A stretch of DNA of 45,571 nucleotides from a candidate division WOR-3 bacterium (GTDB lineage Bacteria > Hydrothermota > Hydrothermia > LBFQ01): NCBI GenBank assembly GCA_039802605.1, contig JBDRWW010000010.1, positions 1 to 45,571 of the forward strand. The letters are read 5' to 3'. Under the pieces are notes generated by a model. The model saw only the letters and a program-made list of their open reading frames with translations. It searched no databases and was not told where the DNA came from. Position 1 is the first letter of the stretch. Every line of letters starts with the position of its first letter. Below are positions 28,588 through 39,088 of the stretch, one piece after another. The position numbers and the translations under genes were made by a program.

Positions 28588-31358
28588 TCAAGAAAGTTTT
28601 TTATGTATTTCTCATAGATTTCACTTTCTTGTGGGCTTAATCTCCGGTTCGTTAAAACTTTTTTATAAATCTCCGCTATGACCCTTTTATCAATAACTCT
28701 CTTGTACTCTGCGGTTTTGATTTTGTAAGGTTTTGGCCTCTCCGCTTCATATACGGGTTCTGTCCTCTGCTTTCTCAAAGCCTCTTTGGCCTCCAACAAA
28801 CGGATTTCTATCCTCTCCGCCTTTTTCCTCAATTCATACAACCTATTTAAAGATTCCGCATCTTTTAAATCCCTTTCCAACTCTTCCATTTGCCTCAATG
28901 TCTCTTCAAGTTGTCTTAAAACATCTCCGGGCATACCCTCCCTCCTCATGTTGTCAATTAGTCCCCTCAAAGCCTGATTTAAGGCCATTTGCCTTGCCGC
29001 CAATTCCGCCAGTTCCTCCGGACTCAACGAAGGCATTATGTTTTGGGATATAGAACCCTGCTCACCGGCCATCCTTGAAAGTTGCCTTAGATACTGGGAC
29101 ATGCCCGTTGAACCTCCGGAGTTTTGGCAAGCCTGGGCACTTGCGGATGTCATTATACTCAATTGTATCAAACCTTCCCTTGCGCTTTCAAGGCCCTCCT
29201 GAACCCCCTTTGTATTTCCCCTAGCCATTTCATTGTGCGCCTTGTTTATATCTTCGTAAATTTGTTTGGCCAAATCCTTTAACTTTGGTGATACAAAAAC
29301 ACTCTTTTCCGAAAGTTCCCTAAGTTTATCCTCCACATCCTTCATGACAAACTTGGCATTTTCAAGGGTTTTCTCATCCGGATTCTCGGAAAGCCTTTGG
29401 TTCATAAACGCGGATATATCGGAAATATCGTTTAACTGTGAGACTATTTCGTTTGTTCGGTTCTGCACCAGAGAGTTGTACAAATCATCCGCTAAATTCG
29501 AAGCTTCGGAGAGTTTTAGGGATGTTTTTGCCTGCTCCCTCTTAAAATCTCCACCCCTTTGCATCTTGTTTAAAGCCTCTTGCGAGAGTTTTGAGGATTC
29601 GTCCAATTTCCTAAGCAATTCTTCCAACTTCTTGTTGTCAACGCCCTCAACATTTTTATAATCCTCCAACCTTTGCCTTATGCTATCAATCTCGGATGTT
29701 ATCTCCCTTTGGGTCAAACTATCCCTTTTGCCGGTTATATCCTGTTGCATTTGAGATAACCTGCTTAACCTCTCGGACAACTCCTTTAAATCCTTTTCCT
29801 GCTTATACCTATTTAAAAGTTTTGCAAACCTCTCCAACTGCTCCTTTAATTCCCTTTGCGATAACCTTAGGTTTTTTAGAGCCTGTGCCACCTCTTTCGG
29901 GTCCGCCTTTTCCAAAGCCCTATTCAATTCCTCCAAACTCTTCCTTAACTCCTCATCCATAACCTCCTTAAATGTTTTTCTTATTTCGTTTATAAGGTTT
30001 GAAATCTCCGGATCGTTTAACTCCTTTGCAAACCTCTCCAAGGCCTCCTGCATCTCCTTGTAAGTTTCCCCTAAGGATTTTGTAGCCGCCGCTATCTCCT
30101 GTTTTGTTGAATATGAAAGGCGATCGTCCGCCTTTAACCTTTCCTCAATTTCCTTTAACCTACTTTCCAGCGATCCGATTTTATCTAAGGACAAAAGTTT
30201 TTCCTTAAAGTCTTCAAATGCATCCTTGGGTAAAAGTATTAAGGTATCGGAAAGGGAAACCTTGCCCGCAACATCCTCGGCGTATGCAACGATTTTCAAA
30301 GTATCCGAAACATCAAATTCAAGTTCGAAAAGGGCGTTTGGGATTCTGCCTTGTAGTTCTAATCTATCCCTTTTACCGTTTATTATCAAACCCACATCCC
30401 TAAGGGCTATATCGTCATAAGCGGATATTACAACATTTGCCTTTCCCCCTTCAACCCTTTGTGTTCCCGAAGGATTTATGGATACGCTTGGGGGATTATC
30501 CCTTACAACTTCAACGGAAAAGGCCTTATAAATAAAACCCTTACCCCCTTTAAAAACCCTAACATATACCGTTGTATCTTTTGTGATAACCTCCGGTAAG
30601 CCTTCAAACTCGGCGCTATCCCCGTTGTGCTCTATTTTTAAACCTCTAAACCTTGAACCCTCATACGCAACATTCGTTATACCTATTGGCCTTTCCGGAA
30701 GTCCCGTATATTTTGGGGGGACTATGAAACCCTTTACGCCGTAAAGCACGGGTCTTGAAATTACCGTAAATGAAAATTCCCCCTTATACCCTTTGGCATA
30801 AATCCTATAATTCCCGGGTTTTAAACCATAAATTTTAAACTCTCCATTCCCCTTTATTTCTCCATATCCCTTGATATGGATTTCATCAACCCTTGGTTGT
30901 GTTTTAACATGCAGGGTTTCCCCCTCAAATATTAAACTCCTATCGGCATAAAACTTTAAAAGGGGTTTCTCCGGAAGTTTTACAAACGATGAAAGGAATA
31001 CGAGGACGGATAGGATTGAAAAGATATACATAGGTAGCGTTATAAAGGGTACAAATACCAACCTCTCCCTATTCACCTCCTCTTCCAACCTAAAAACCGC
31101 CGGATGTTTAACCCCCTTTAACTCTACAAGGGAAATAAGTCTCTCTTTGAGGTTTGGATTAACCCTTTCTAGGTGCCAAGCAAAGGATTTCTCGTTAAAA
31201 ACCCTTGATAGTGCTAAAAGTATGACGCCAAATATGGTGTACAAGGTCAAGATTATAGGTTTTCCGTAAAGGGCAAAAACTCCCAAAGCATAAAACACGA
31301 AAAACCATAAAAAGGAAGAAATCAGGTTTAATTTAAAAAGCTTTTTAAACCTTTTCAT
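28584..31358 (-). CDS. Membrane-anchored protein with Ig-like region and long coiled coil (DUF4175-like)
   Basis: N-terminal TM helices, PPKYTG, DNPP, AYDDIAL, then about 550 aa of heptad-rich sequence. Confidence 0.65.
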   Translation of the reverse strand: MKRFKKLFKLNLISSFLWFFVFYALGVFALYGKPIILTLYTIFGVILLALSRVFNEKSFAWHLERVNPNLKERLISLVELKGVKHPAVFRLEEEVNRERLVFVPFITLPMYIFSILSVLVFLSSFVKLPEKPLLKFYADRSLIFEGETLHVKTQPRVDEIHIKGYGEIKGNGEFKIYGLKPGNYRIYAKGYKGEFSFTVISRPVLYGVKGFIVPPKYTGLPERPIGITNVAYEGSRFRGLKIEHNGDSAEFEGLPEVITKDTTVYVRVFKGGKGFIYKAFSVEVVRDNPPSVSINPSGTQRVEGGKANVVISAYDDIALRDVGLIINGKRDRLELQGRIPNALFELEFDVSDTLKIVAYAEDVAGKVSLSDTLILLPKDAFEDFKEKLLSLDKIGSLESRLKEIEERLKADDRLSYSTKQEIAAATKSLGETYKEMQEALERFAKELNDPEISNLINEIRKTFKEVMDEELRKSLEELNRALEKADPKEVAQALKNLRLSQRELKEQLERFAKLLNRYKQEKDLKELSERLSRLSQMQQDITGKRDSLTQREITSEIDSIRQRLEDYKNVEGVDNKKLEELLRKLDESSKLSQEALNKMQRGGDFKREQAKTSLKLSEASNLADDLYNSLVQNRTNEIVSQLNDISDISAFMNQRLSENPDEKTLENAKFVMKDVEDKLRELSEKSVFVSPKLKDLAKQIYEDINKAHNEMARGNTKGVQEGLESAREGLIQLSIMTSASAQACQNSGGSTGMSQYLRQLSRMAGEQGSISQNIMPSLSPEELAELAARQMALNQALRGLIDNMRREGMPGDVLRQLEETLRQMEELERDLKDAESLNRLYELRKKAERIEIRLLEAKEALRKQRTEPVYEAERPKPYKIKTAEYKRVIDKRVIAEIYKKVLTNRRLSPQESEIYEKYIKNFLE

Positions 31359-31944
31359 AGCCCAACATCATCAAAATGGATTTTTTAACATCCTCCCTTA
31401 TGCGTTCCACATCCATAAAACCCAGATACGCCAGCTTTACACCGGAAAACAAGGACCCCACCATCAACGAGGCCAAAAGGGTAGAATCGGAAGAATTTCT
31501 AAACTCACCCCTTTTTTGACCCTCTTTAACAATATCCGCTATGAGGGATGCGTATAACCCGTGCATATTTCTAAACTCCTGCTTAAACTTTTCCTTAGTT
31601 TTCAGAACATACTTTGAAAACATTGCTTGATACATAAAATCCACCTCCGTTTTGTTTTCCTTCAAAGCATCAAAATGCCAGTTTATCCAACCCTCAACCT
31701 TTTTAGCGGCTGTTATATTCATCTCTTTAAGCCTTTTTAGGTGGGATATTGCGGAGTCCATAATATACTTCTGTATGCTGAAAATTATCTCGTCCTTTGA
31801 AGAAAAATAAAAGTAAAAATAACTTTTTGTTGTCCCCAAATATTCCGCCAAATCCTTTATGCTCGTCCCGTCTATTCCCCTCTTTGCGAATATTTCCATA
31901 GCCTTTAAGATTATCTCCTCCCTCTTCAATTCCCGTTGAGTCAT
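31345..31944 (-). CDS. TetR/AcrR family regulator
   Basis: FAKRGIDGTSIKDLA...FYFYFSSKDEI; GQKRGEFR. Confidence 0.9.
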   Translation of the reverse strand: MTQRELKREEIILKAMEIFAKRGIDGTSIKDLAEYLGTTKSYFYFYFSSKDEIIFSIQKYIMDSAISHLKRLKEMNITAAKKVEGWINWHFDALKENKTEVDFMYQAMFSKYVLKTKEKFKQEFRNMHGLYASLIADIVKEGQKRGEFRNSSDSTLLASLMVGSLFSGVKLAYLGFMDVERIREDVKKSILMMLGYEKV

Positions 31945-32010
31945 TATTTGTATTATACCGCTGAAATGTTTTTAACGGATTAACCGCCCTCGTATTATAA
32001 TACCAACCTT

Positions 32011-33192
32011 ATGCTTTTTACAACACCCCAAATTGTTTGCGATAGTTGTGAAAACGGTCTAAACCATAGGTATGTATTCGTTGATATTTATCAAAATGTC
32101 CATATATCCTACCACAAGAAGGTGGGGGGACATTGGCAGGTTTTTTATAGGATGAAATCGTCTCATTGGCAAAACGAAGAAAGGGTTACGAACACCACGG
32201 CCGATGCAAAATATCCCTCAATCCTCGTTTATTCCGATAGCGTATTCCTGGTTTGGCACGATTATAGGGTTGGGGGAATAAGCAACATTGAAATATTTTT
32301 CAACTCAAAACCGATAAGCGGAACATCCTGGGATAACGAAACGAGACTGACATACACCAATTCCGGAGGTCCGGGGGATAACGGGTATTTACCCACAATC
32401 AAACAAATGAGGGGAAAAATTTATGTCGTTTGGTACGATTATAGGGATGACCCATATTCAATGAACGCCCAGATTTATTTAAAGGTTAGGGACAGCACTT
32501 GGGGACCGGATGTTAGAATATCAAATTCACCGGCAAACGCTTGGTATCCGTCCTTTGATTTCCGGGGGGATACATTATTTGCGGTTTGGGCGGACAGTAG
32601 AAATACGAATTATAATATATATGGGAACTGGGGCTTTGGTGATAACAGGATAACCACCAACACATCTTACTACCCCGACATTGCGACATCCGGGGATAAA
32701 ACACTCTTAGTTTATGTTAATTCATCGCTTTCACCCCCTCAGGTATTTGGTAAATTGTATGACGGTACCTTTGGGGTTGATTTTCCTATAAGGTATTCCG
32801 GGAATTCGCAACAAGAACCAACGGTTATATCCGATGGGAATGGGGGATGGATAGTTGCGTGGAGTGAGGACTTCGGAGGGGACAGGGACATATTTGGGGT
32901 CATCTTGGACTCCTTGGGTAATGTCAAGGATAGTTTTCGGATAAACATTCCGGGTAATCAAAGCAGGCCTTGCCTGTTTTTGGATAATTATAATTATATC
33001 CATCTGGCCTTTGTTGATTATACGGTACCGGTTGTACCAAAGATTTATTACACAAAATCCTTAACACCGGTAAATGTTGAAGAAAGCAAAAGGCGGATTG
33101 CGGATAAACACTCCAAAAAGTTAATAAAAGGGGGAAAGATACTCTTAGGGTCCTATGGGATTGACGGTAGGAGGTTATCCCCTGAGTTTTGA
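32011..33192 (+). CDS. Beta-propeller-like secreted protein with a short degenerate C-terminal tail
   Basis: Repeated YP-x-I / VW-x-DYR / IY units; ends YGIDGRRL. Confidence 0.65.
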   Translation: MLFTTPQIVCDSCENGLNHRYVFVDIYQNVHISYHKKVGGHWQVFYRMKSSHWQNEERVTNTTADAKYPSILVYSDSVFLVWHDYRVGGISNIEIFFNSKPISGTSWDNETRLTYTNSGGPGDNGYLPTIKQMRGKIYVVWYDYRDDPYSMNAQIYLKVRDSTWGPDVRISNSPANAWYPSFDFRGDTLFAVWADSRNTNYNIYGNWGFGDNRITTNTSYYPDIATSGDKTLLVYVNSSLSPPQVFGKLYDGTFGVDFPIRYSGNSQQEPTVISDGNGGWIVAWSEDFGGDRDIFGVILDSLGNVKDSFRINIPGNQSRPCLFLDNYNYIHLAFVDYTVPVVPKIYYTKSLTPVNVEESKRRIADKHSKKLIKGGKILLGSYGIDGRRLSPEF

Positions 33193-35448
33193 TAGTACCT
33201 GATTGATTGCGTAATATGCCAATGCCAAGATCCTTTCCTCGTCGTCTCCCTTCTGAATTATATGTGCGGGTTTCTTCAAACCCATCAAAATTGGACCTAT
33301 CAACTTCACCCCCGCCACGGCTGAAAGGATTTTATAAGCGGTATTAGAGGAGTTTAAGCCCGGAAATATAAGAATGTTTGCCGCCTTACCCCTTTGTGCG
33401 AGTTTTGAAAATGGATAGAAACGCTTTAAGAGGTCTTCGGAAAGGGCCACATCAACATGCATTTCCCCATCAACCAAAAGGTCGGGATACCGGGAATTGA
33501 GAATTTCAAGGGCTTTTCTCATCCTGAGGACGGAATGGTGGGAAGATGTTCCAAAGTTTGAGAAGGAAACGAAGGCTATTCTCGGTTCATAACCGAATTC
33601 CTTAGCGACCTCTGCGGACATAAGGGCTATATCAACCAAGTCCTCCGCCTCGGGGTCGGGATTAACCGTTGTATCCGCCATAAACAGGGGGCCCTTTTCC
33701 GTTAATGCTATATACAAACCCGCAACCTTTCTTATCCCCTCCCTCGTCTTTATTATTTCCAAAACCGGCCTAATAGCCTCATTGTAGTTATGAACCACGC
33801 CGTAAAGCATAGCATCAACATAACCGTCATACAACATAAGGGTTCCCAAATATCCGGGATTTTTAACCTTTTCTTTTGCATCTTCATAACCCAAACCCTT
33901 CTTCCACCTCAACCTCCAAAGGAGTTGGGCGTAATAATCCAACTTCTCGCTTTCACTGGGGTCTATGATTTCCGCATCAAAGTCCAATTTCAAATCCGAC
34001 ATCAGGGATTTTATGTTTTCCAAAGAGCCTATCAACACGGGTTTTGCGACCCCTTCATCGCTTAAAATGTTTGCAACCCTTAATATGGTTTCGTTTTCAC
34101 CCTCCGGGAATACGATTTTGGGTATATACACATTGCTACCCCTACCTATTATAGCCCTAACGGTACTTATGGCTTTTTCGGAATGCGCCCTGAGTTTTTC
34201 GGTATATGCGTATATATCAAAATCCTTAACCCTTGCGACACCGTCCTTAATGGCGGCCCTTGCAACCTCGGGGGAAATCCTGTATATTAACCTCGGATCC
34301 AGGGGCTTGGGTATTATGTAATCCCTTCCGAATCCCAAACTCCTCAAACCGTAAGCCCTTAAAACGCTTTGTGGGATTTCTTCCTTTGCGAGATTGGCCA
34401 ATGCTAAGGCGGCGGCTATTTTCATATTATCCGTAATCTTGAAGGCCTTAACATCAAGGGCACCCCTGAATATATAAGGGAATCCGAGGACATTGTTTAA
34501 CTGATTTGGATAATCCGACCTACCCGTGGCAATGATTGCATCGGGCCTAACGCTAATTGCAACCTCATACGGAACCTCGGGTATGGGATTGGCCAAGGCG
34601 AATATTATGGGTTTATCGGCCATAAGTTTTAAATCCTCACCGCTCACCAAATTCGGCCCGGATACCCCTATAAAAACATCGGCACCTTTTAACGCATCTT
34701 GTAGGGTTCTTTCTTTCGTTTCAACCGCAAACTCCTCCTTATAAGGGTTCATACCCTCAACCCTACCCCTATATATCACCCCCTTTGAATCCAAAAGCCT
34801 AATGTTCTCCTTCTTTGCGCCGTATTTAACCAAGAGTTTTGCTATTGCTATACCAGCCGCACCCGCACCAAGTATAACGATTTTCACATCGCTTATATCT
34901 TTGTTTTGAAGGTATAAAGCGTTTATCAGGCCGGCCAACACTATTATTGCCGTACCGTGCTGGTCGTCGTGGAATACGGGTATGTCAAGCAGTTCAATTA
35001 ATTTCTCTTCCACAATAAAGCATTTTGGCGCTTTTATATCCTCTAAATTTATACCGCCGAATGTTGGGGAAATTGCCTTAACAACCTTTACAAACTCATC
35101 CGGATCCTCGGCATCAACCTCAATATCTATGGCGTCTATATCCGCAAGTTTTTTAAACAAAACCGCCTTTCCCTCCATAACGGGTTTTGCCGCCAAAGGG
35201 CCTATATCACCCAACCCGAGAACGGCAGAACCGTCGCTAACAACCGCTACAAGGTTGGCCTTGGCCGTGTAAAGATATGCGTTTTCTGGGTTTTCATAAA
35301 CGGCCAGGGATACCTCCGCAACCCCTGGGGTATAAGCCAAGGACAAATCCCTTTGCGTCTCGGTTTTCTTTGAAGGCACAATTGAAATTTTTCCGGGTTT
35401 TCCCTCCGAATGGTACTTAAACACTTCCTCCTTTCTAATCTTTACCAT
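33175..35448 (-). CDS. maeB: NADP-dependent malic enzyme with phosphotransacetylase-like domain
   Basis: LAYTPGVA, KPVMEGK, FHDDQHGT, GAGAAG, TGRSDYPNQ; C-terminal PTA-like domain. Confidence 0.95.
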   Translation of the reverse strand: MVKIRKEEVFKYHSEGKPGKISIVPSKKTETQRDLSLAYTPGVAEVSLAVYENPENAYLYTAKANLVAVVSDGSAVLGLGDIGPLAAKPVMEGKAVLFKKLADIDAIDIEVDAEDPDEFVKVVKAISPTFGGINLEDIKAPKCFIVEEKLIELLDIPVFHDDQHGTAIIVLAGLINALYLQNKDISDVKIVILGAGAAGIAIAKLLVKYGAKKENIRLLDSKGVIYRGRVEGMNPYKEEFAVETKERTLQDALKGADVFIGVSGPNLVSGEDLKLMADKPIIFALANPIPEVPYEVAISVRPDAIIATGRSDYPNQLNNVLGFPYIFRGALDVKAFKITDNMKIAAALALANLAKEEIPQSVLRAYGLRSLGFGRDYIIPKPLDPRLIYRISPEVARAAIKDGVARVKDFDIYAYTEKLRAHSEKAISTVRAIIGRGSNVYIPKIVFPEGENETILRVANILSDEGVAKPVLIGSLENIKSLMSDLKLDFDAEIIDPSESEKLDYYAQLLWRLRWKKGLGYEDAKEKVKNPGYLGTLMLYDGYVDAMLYGVVHNYNEAIRPVLEIIKTREGIRKVAGLYIALTEKGPLFMADTTVNPDPEAEDLVDIALMSAEVAKEFGYEPRIAFVSFSNFGTSSHHSVLRMRKALEILNSRYPDLLVDGEMHVDVALSEDLLKRFYPFSKLAQRGKAANILIFPGLNSSNTAYKILSAVAGVKLIGPILMGLKKPAHIIQKGDDEERILALAYYAINQVLSKLRG

Positions 35449-35487
35449 AAACCCGAAATTATAGACCGGTTTAGAATATTCGCCATT

Positions 35488-36129
35488 ATGAAAAGGGCGG
35501 TTTTTGTATTTCTGGTTTTGTTATCAACATATTGTACAAAATCCCAAAAAAATGAAAGAAAAATAAAGGGTGAAATGCTAACGGTTCTTATGCATGTGGG
35601 AAACGAATACAGGCGTTTAAATGTATCCGGAGATAAGTTGAGGGAGTTCCCCTTTGGTTTTACCCTTATGGATGAAGATGGTAAGGAGGTTAAACTAAGC
35701 GATTTCAAGGGTAAGGTTTTGGTTGTTGGGTATATTTATACCCACTGCCCCGATATATGCCCTATGATAACGCAAAATATGAAGGAAATTTACAAACTCT
35801 TGGGAAACGATGCCGTATTTTTGTCAATTACCATAGACCCCGAAAGGGATCAACCGAAAGTTTTGAAGGAATATAAGGAAATTCATGAAATAAAAGCAAC
35901 AAACTGGAAGTTTTTAACGGGGAATCCCGCAACAATTGACAGTTTGCTAAAAATTGTGGGCATAGACAAGTCCAAGTACGAGGAAGGGAATACATACTTT
36001 TTATCGCATACGGATAGGATTCACATAATTGACAAAAACGGGTATATAAGGGGGTATTTTATGGGTAGTTCCGTTGTTGCGGATAGCGTTGCAAAATTTG
36101 TTAGGGGGATTATACTACCCCAAACATAA
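35488..36129 (+). CDS. SCO1/SenC family copper chaperone, probable lipoprotein
   Basis: YTHCPDICP, TIDPERD, distal His (LSHT); likely start MKRAVFV. Confidence 0.9.
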   Translation: MKRAVFVFLVLLSTYCTKSQKNERKIKGEMLTVLMHVGNEYRRLNVSGDKLREFPFGFTLMDEDGKEVKLSDFKGKVLVVGYIYTHCPDICPMITQNMKEIYKLLGNDAVFLSITIDPERDQPKVLKEYKEIHEIKATNWKFLTGNPATIDSLLKIVGIDKSKYEEGNTYFLSHTDRIHIIDKNGYIRGYFMGSSVVADSVAKFVRGIILPQT

Positions 36130-36156
36130 AACGTTCAACCTTAAAATACCTTCTCT

Positions 36157-36228
36157 GCGGCGGTAGCTCAGGGGTAGAGCACCAGCTTCCCAAGCTGGGG
36201 GTCGCGGGTTCAAATCCCGTCCGCCGCT
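36157..36228 (+). tRNA. tRNA-Gly (CCC), CCA not encoded
   Basis: Acceptor stem GCGGCGG/CCGCCGC; anticodon arm CCAGC-TTCCCAA-GCTGG; T-loop GTTCAAATC; TAAAAT at 36142-36147. Confidence 0.96.
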
Positions 36229-36230
36229 TT

Positions 36231-37541
36231 TTGGTTGAATTTTCCCTCTTTTACATGCCTCTACCTATAAACCCTTTCTTTTCGTATTACGAAAAATCCC
36301 CCAAATTTGAGGTTATCGCAAAGCTTTCCCAAAACGATTTTTTTCTCTTAAAAATAAAGCCGGACAGCCTACCCGAGGATTTCAAGTTTCCAATGGCCCT
36401 AAAAGTGGCCTCAAACAATACCATTTCCGCAAAAATGTTTGCCAAAATAGGGGATTGGGGTGTTATATTAAACTTCCCAAATTTAAACTCCTCACCGATA
36501 TTCGGAACGAGTTCCCTACCCTCTTATGATCTACCCTTAATACGGTGGAAACCAATAGACTTAACGATTTACGATACCTTAGAACCCGTTGAGATCGATT
36601 CTTTAAGGGCAAAAACCCCAATAGTATGGCATTTGAAGGGTTACGCAGCCATTTCTCCCATAGTTGAATCAAATTCCAATGTAATTTTTTTCCCATTGCA
36701 GTTTTCATTGTTAAGGGATTTTGAAGGTTTCGGTCTTGGTATTTCGGGGGGAATAGGGTTTTTATGGGGTAAGGGTAAATGGAAGGCTAAGTATGTGGGA
36801 AGCGAATTTATCCTTGATACCTTTTGGGTTGAAGGGGTTAAAATGGAGGCGGATTTATTCAAGCAGCTGTACTCGGATTCCCTAGGTTATTACGAGTTCA
36901 ACTTTTCGGCGGATAGGCATTTCGTTTACTCCCTTGGTTTGAGTGCCCATTATTCTTTTGAAAATTTTAAATTTGGCCTTTCCGGTGAGTACCTCCCCCA
37001 ATTTGACTTTAAATACGAAATATCCGGAAGGTATATGTTCGTTGATAGCCTTTACGGTAAATGGATTAGGAAATATTCCAATTTTGACGGTCTTTACGCG
37101 GAATATTCGGGGGATACGGCCCTTATAAAGGGTTCGGGAGTCGTGGGGTTTATGTCCGAATTCCAAGATATAAAATCCGGAAGCATAAAAGGAAACGGTA
37201 ATTTAAAGGTAAGTTCGGGCATTTTTTATTCGGTTTATATGTCTTACAATCCTGATAGGACAAAGTTTGCGACCCTTATGCTATCAAATAGGGGTTTAGC
37301 ATTTACGGGTTCCTTTGGTTGGGATTACGGAATTAAGGGTTTTGTGTTTTACCCTTTGAAGGAAGAGTTTGGTTATTGGAACCTGGGTTTTTTTGCGGAA
37401 TTTGAGGGGTTTAACTTTTATATTTTTACGGGTAGGAACTTCGGGAAAATAAAAACACCTTATTTTACCACATATATATCACCCCTCAGCGGAAAATTGC
37501 AAAGCTACATTTACGGACTAGGGGTTTATTATTATTTTTAA
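36231..37541 (+). CDS. Hypothetical protein, probable outer-membrane beta-barrel
   Basis: 436-aa ORF with aromatic/Gly beta-strand pattern; ends YGLGVYYYF, like a BAM beta-signal. Confidence 0.6.
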   Translation: MVEFSLFYMPLPINPFFSYYEKSPKFEVIAKLSQNDFFLLKIKPDSLPEDFKFPMALKVASNNTISAKMFAKIGDWGVILNFPNLNSSPIFGTSSLPSYDLPLIRWKPIDLTIYDTLEPVEIDSLRAKTPIVWHLKGYAAISPIVESNSNVIFFPLQFSLLRDFEGFGLGISGGIGFLWGKGKWKAKYVGSEFILDTFWVEGVKMEADLFKQLYSDSLGYYEFNFSADRHFVYSLGLSAHYSFENFKFGLSGEYLPQFDFKYEISGRYMFVDSLYGKWIRKYSNFDGLYAEYSGDTALIKGSGVVGFMSEFQDIKSGSIKGNGNLKVSSGIFYSVYMSYNPDRTKFATLMLSNRGLAFTGSFGWDYGIKGFVFYPLKEEFGYWNLGFFAEFEGFNFYIFTGRNFGKIKTPYFTTYISPLSGKLQSYIYGLGVYYYF

Positions 37542-37575
37542 AAAATTTAAAAAATCTCCCATATAATACCAAATC

Positions 37576-39087
37576 ATGATCTGTATCATATCTCAATTCT
37601 CGCCGGTTAGCAGGCTCCCCTTAGAAAAATCGGGGAGAACATATGTAAATGTGGATGTGAAGATAGAGGAATCACCCCAATGGTATGCCCTCCAATACGC
37701 AAATGATCCCGAATACTGGCGCAATGCACGACCCGATCGTATAGTTATATCCCTTAAAAAGGGTTTAAACCTGAACGCAAAAGGGGTAAAGAGTCTTCTT
37801 GAAAAGTACGGTGTAGAAAAAGTTGTAGCACAAAGCATGTTTCCAGACATGATAAACTTTTATGTTGTTGAATTACCCGGTGGCAATCCCCAAAAGGCTC
37901 TATCCTTTATAAGGGATGCGAAGGAGATACCGGAAATAGTTTTTGCGGAACCGGAAATAATCCATTATGCGATGAGTTGTGAACCAAACGATACATATTG
38001 GTATTATCAATGGGGGCCGTATGTTATATGGGCAGATTCCGCTTGGTGCTATGAAACCGGTGATACGGCGGTAGTCGTTGCGGTGATAGACCAAGGTGTG
38101 GATTATAGCCATGAGGATTTGGGTAATGTAAGATATGGATACGATTATGTGGATAACGATCCGAATCCGGCCCCGGACGACCCTTATAACGAACACCACG
38201 GAACGCATGTATCGGGAACTGTGGCGGCCACCTTAAACAATTCAAGGGGAATAGCGGGTATGGGAAATGTGTTGATATATTCCGCAAGGGCACTTGATGA
38301 AAGCGGTTCCGGTACATCTACATGGATAGCAAACGCCATTTTGGGATCATCAACATATTCCCGTATTAGGGTTATAAACATGAGTTTGGGTTCGTCTTCC
38401 CCAAGTAGCCTTATTCAGGCCGCCTGCGATACCGCTTGGAATAGGGGGAAACTCTTGATAGCCGCTTCGGGCAACAATGGAAGTTATGGAATATCCTATC
38501 CCGCAGCCTTTCCATCGGTTGTAGCCGTTGGGTCCATAGGTACGGATGGTTATTCCTTTTATCTTGCCCCTTATTCAAACTATGGACCCGAACAAGAACT
38601 CACCGCGCCCGGTGGGGATAATAATACCGGCTATTGTATCCTTTCAACCCTACCTATGAACAGTTACGGGGATATAGGTTCCGGTTGTAGTTGGGTTGGA
38701 ACATCCATGGCCGCGCCGCATGTATCCGGTGTTGCAGCCCTCGTTTTTAGCAGGAACCCATCCCTAACAAACTCCGCTGTTAGGAGCATTTTAACATCCA
38801 CGGCCATAGACTTTGGGGATCCGGGTAGGGATATATATTACGGGTATGGTGTGGTATGCGCCGTATGCGCGGTTTTAGCGGTATCGGTAAACGAATCGGT
38901 TAATAACAATACCCCACTCCCTTATAAACTCCAAGGTTTAACCCTTGAAGCCTTTGAACCTCTGGCCGTTTATTCCATATCGGGTAGGTTGATTGCCAAT
39001 CTTGGCAAAGGGGAGAATATTACTCTCAAACGGGGAGTTTATTTCGTAAAAGGTGATAAAAATATGCGAAAGATAATGGTATTCTAA
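37576..39087 (+). CDS. S8 subtilisin-like serine protease with T9SS-like tail
   Basis: VAVIDQG, HGTHVSG, AASGN, GTSMAAPHVSG; tail VYSISGRLI...RGVYFV. Confidence 0.92.
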   Translation: MICIISQFSPVSRLPLEKSGRTYVNVDVKIEESPQWYALQYANDPEYWRNARPDRIVISLKKGLNLNAKGVKSLLEKYGVEKVVAQSMFPDMINFYVVELPGGNPQKALSFIRDAKEIPEIVFAEPEIIHYAMSCEPNDTYWYYQWGPYVIWADSAWCYETGDTAVVVAVIDQGVDYSHEDLGNVRYGYDYVDNDPNPAPDDPYNEHHGTHVSGTVAATLNNSRGIAGMGNVLIYSARALDESGSGTSTWIANAILGSSTYSRIRVINMSLGSSSPSSLIQAACDTAWNRGKLLIAASGNNGSYGISYPAAFPSVVAVGSIGTDGYSFYLAPYSNYGPEQELTAPGGDNNTGYCILSTLPMNSYGDIGSGCSWVGTSMAAPHVSGVAALVFSRNPSLTNSAVRSILTSTAIDFGDPGRDIYYGYGVVCAVCAVLAVSVNESVNNNTPLPYKLQGLTLEAFEPLAVYSISGRLIANLGKGENITLKRGVYFVKGDKNMRKIMVF

Positions 39088-39088
39088 A

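Noticed and set aside
35410..35487. Longer N-terminus for the SCO protein (and similarly 40446-40493 and 12647-12682)
   Set aside because: These extensions overlap neighbouring genes; the downstream starts give proper signal peptides or translational coupling
36157..36228. tRNA-Gly as an integration site
   Set aside because: No duplicated tRNA 3' end or integrase seen in the window
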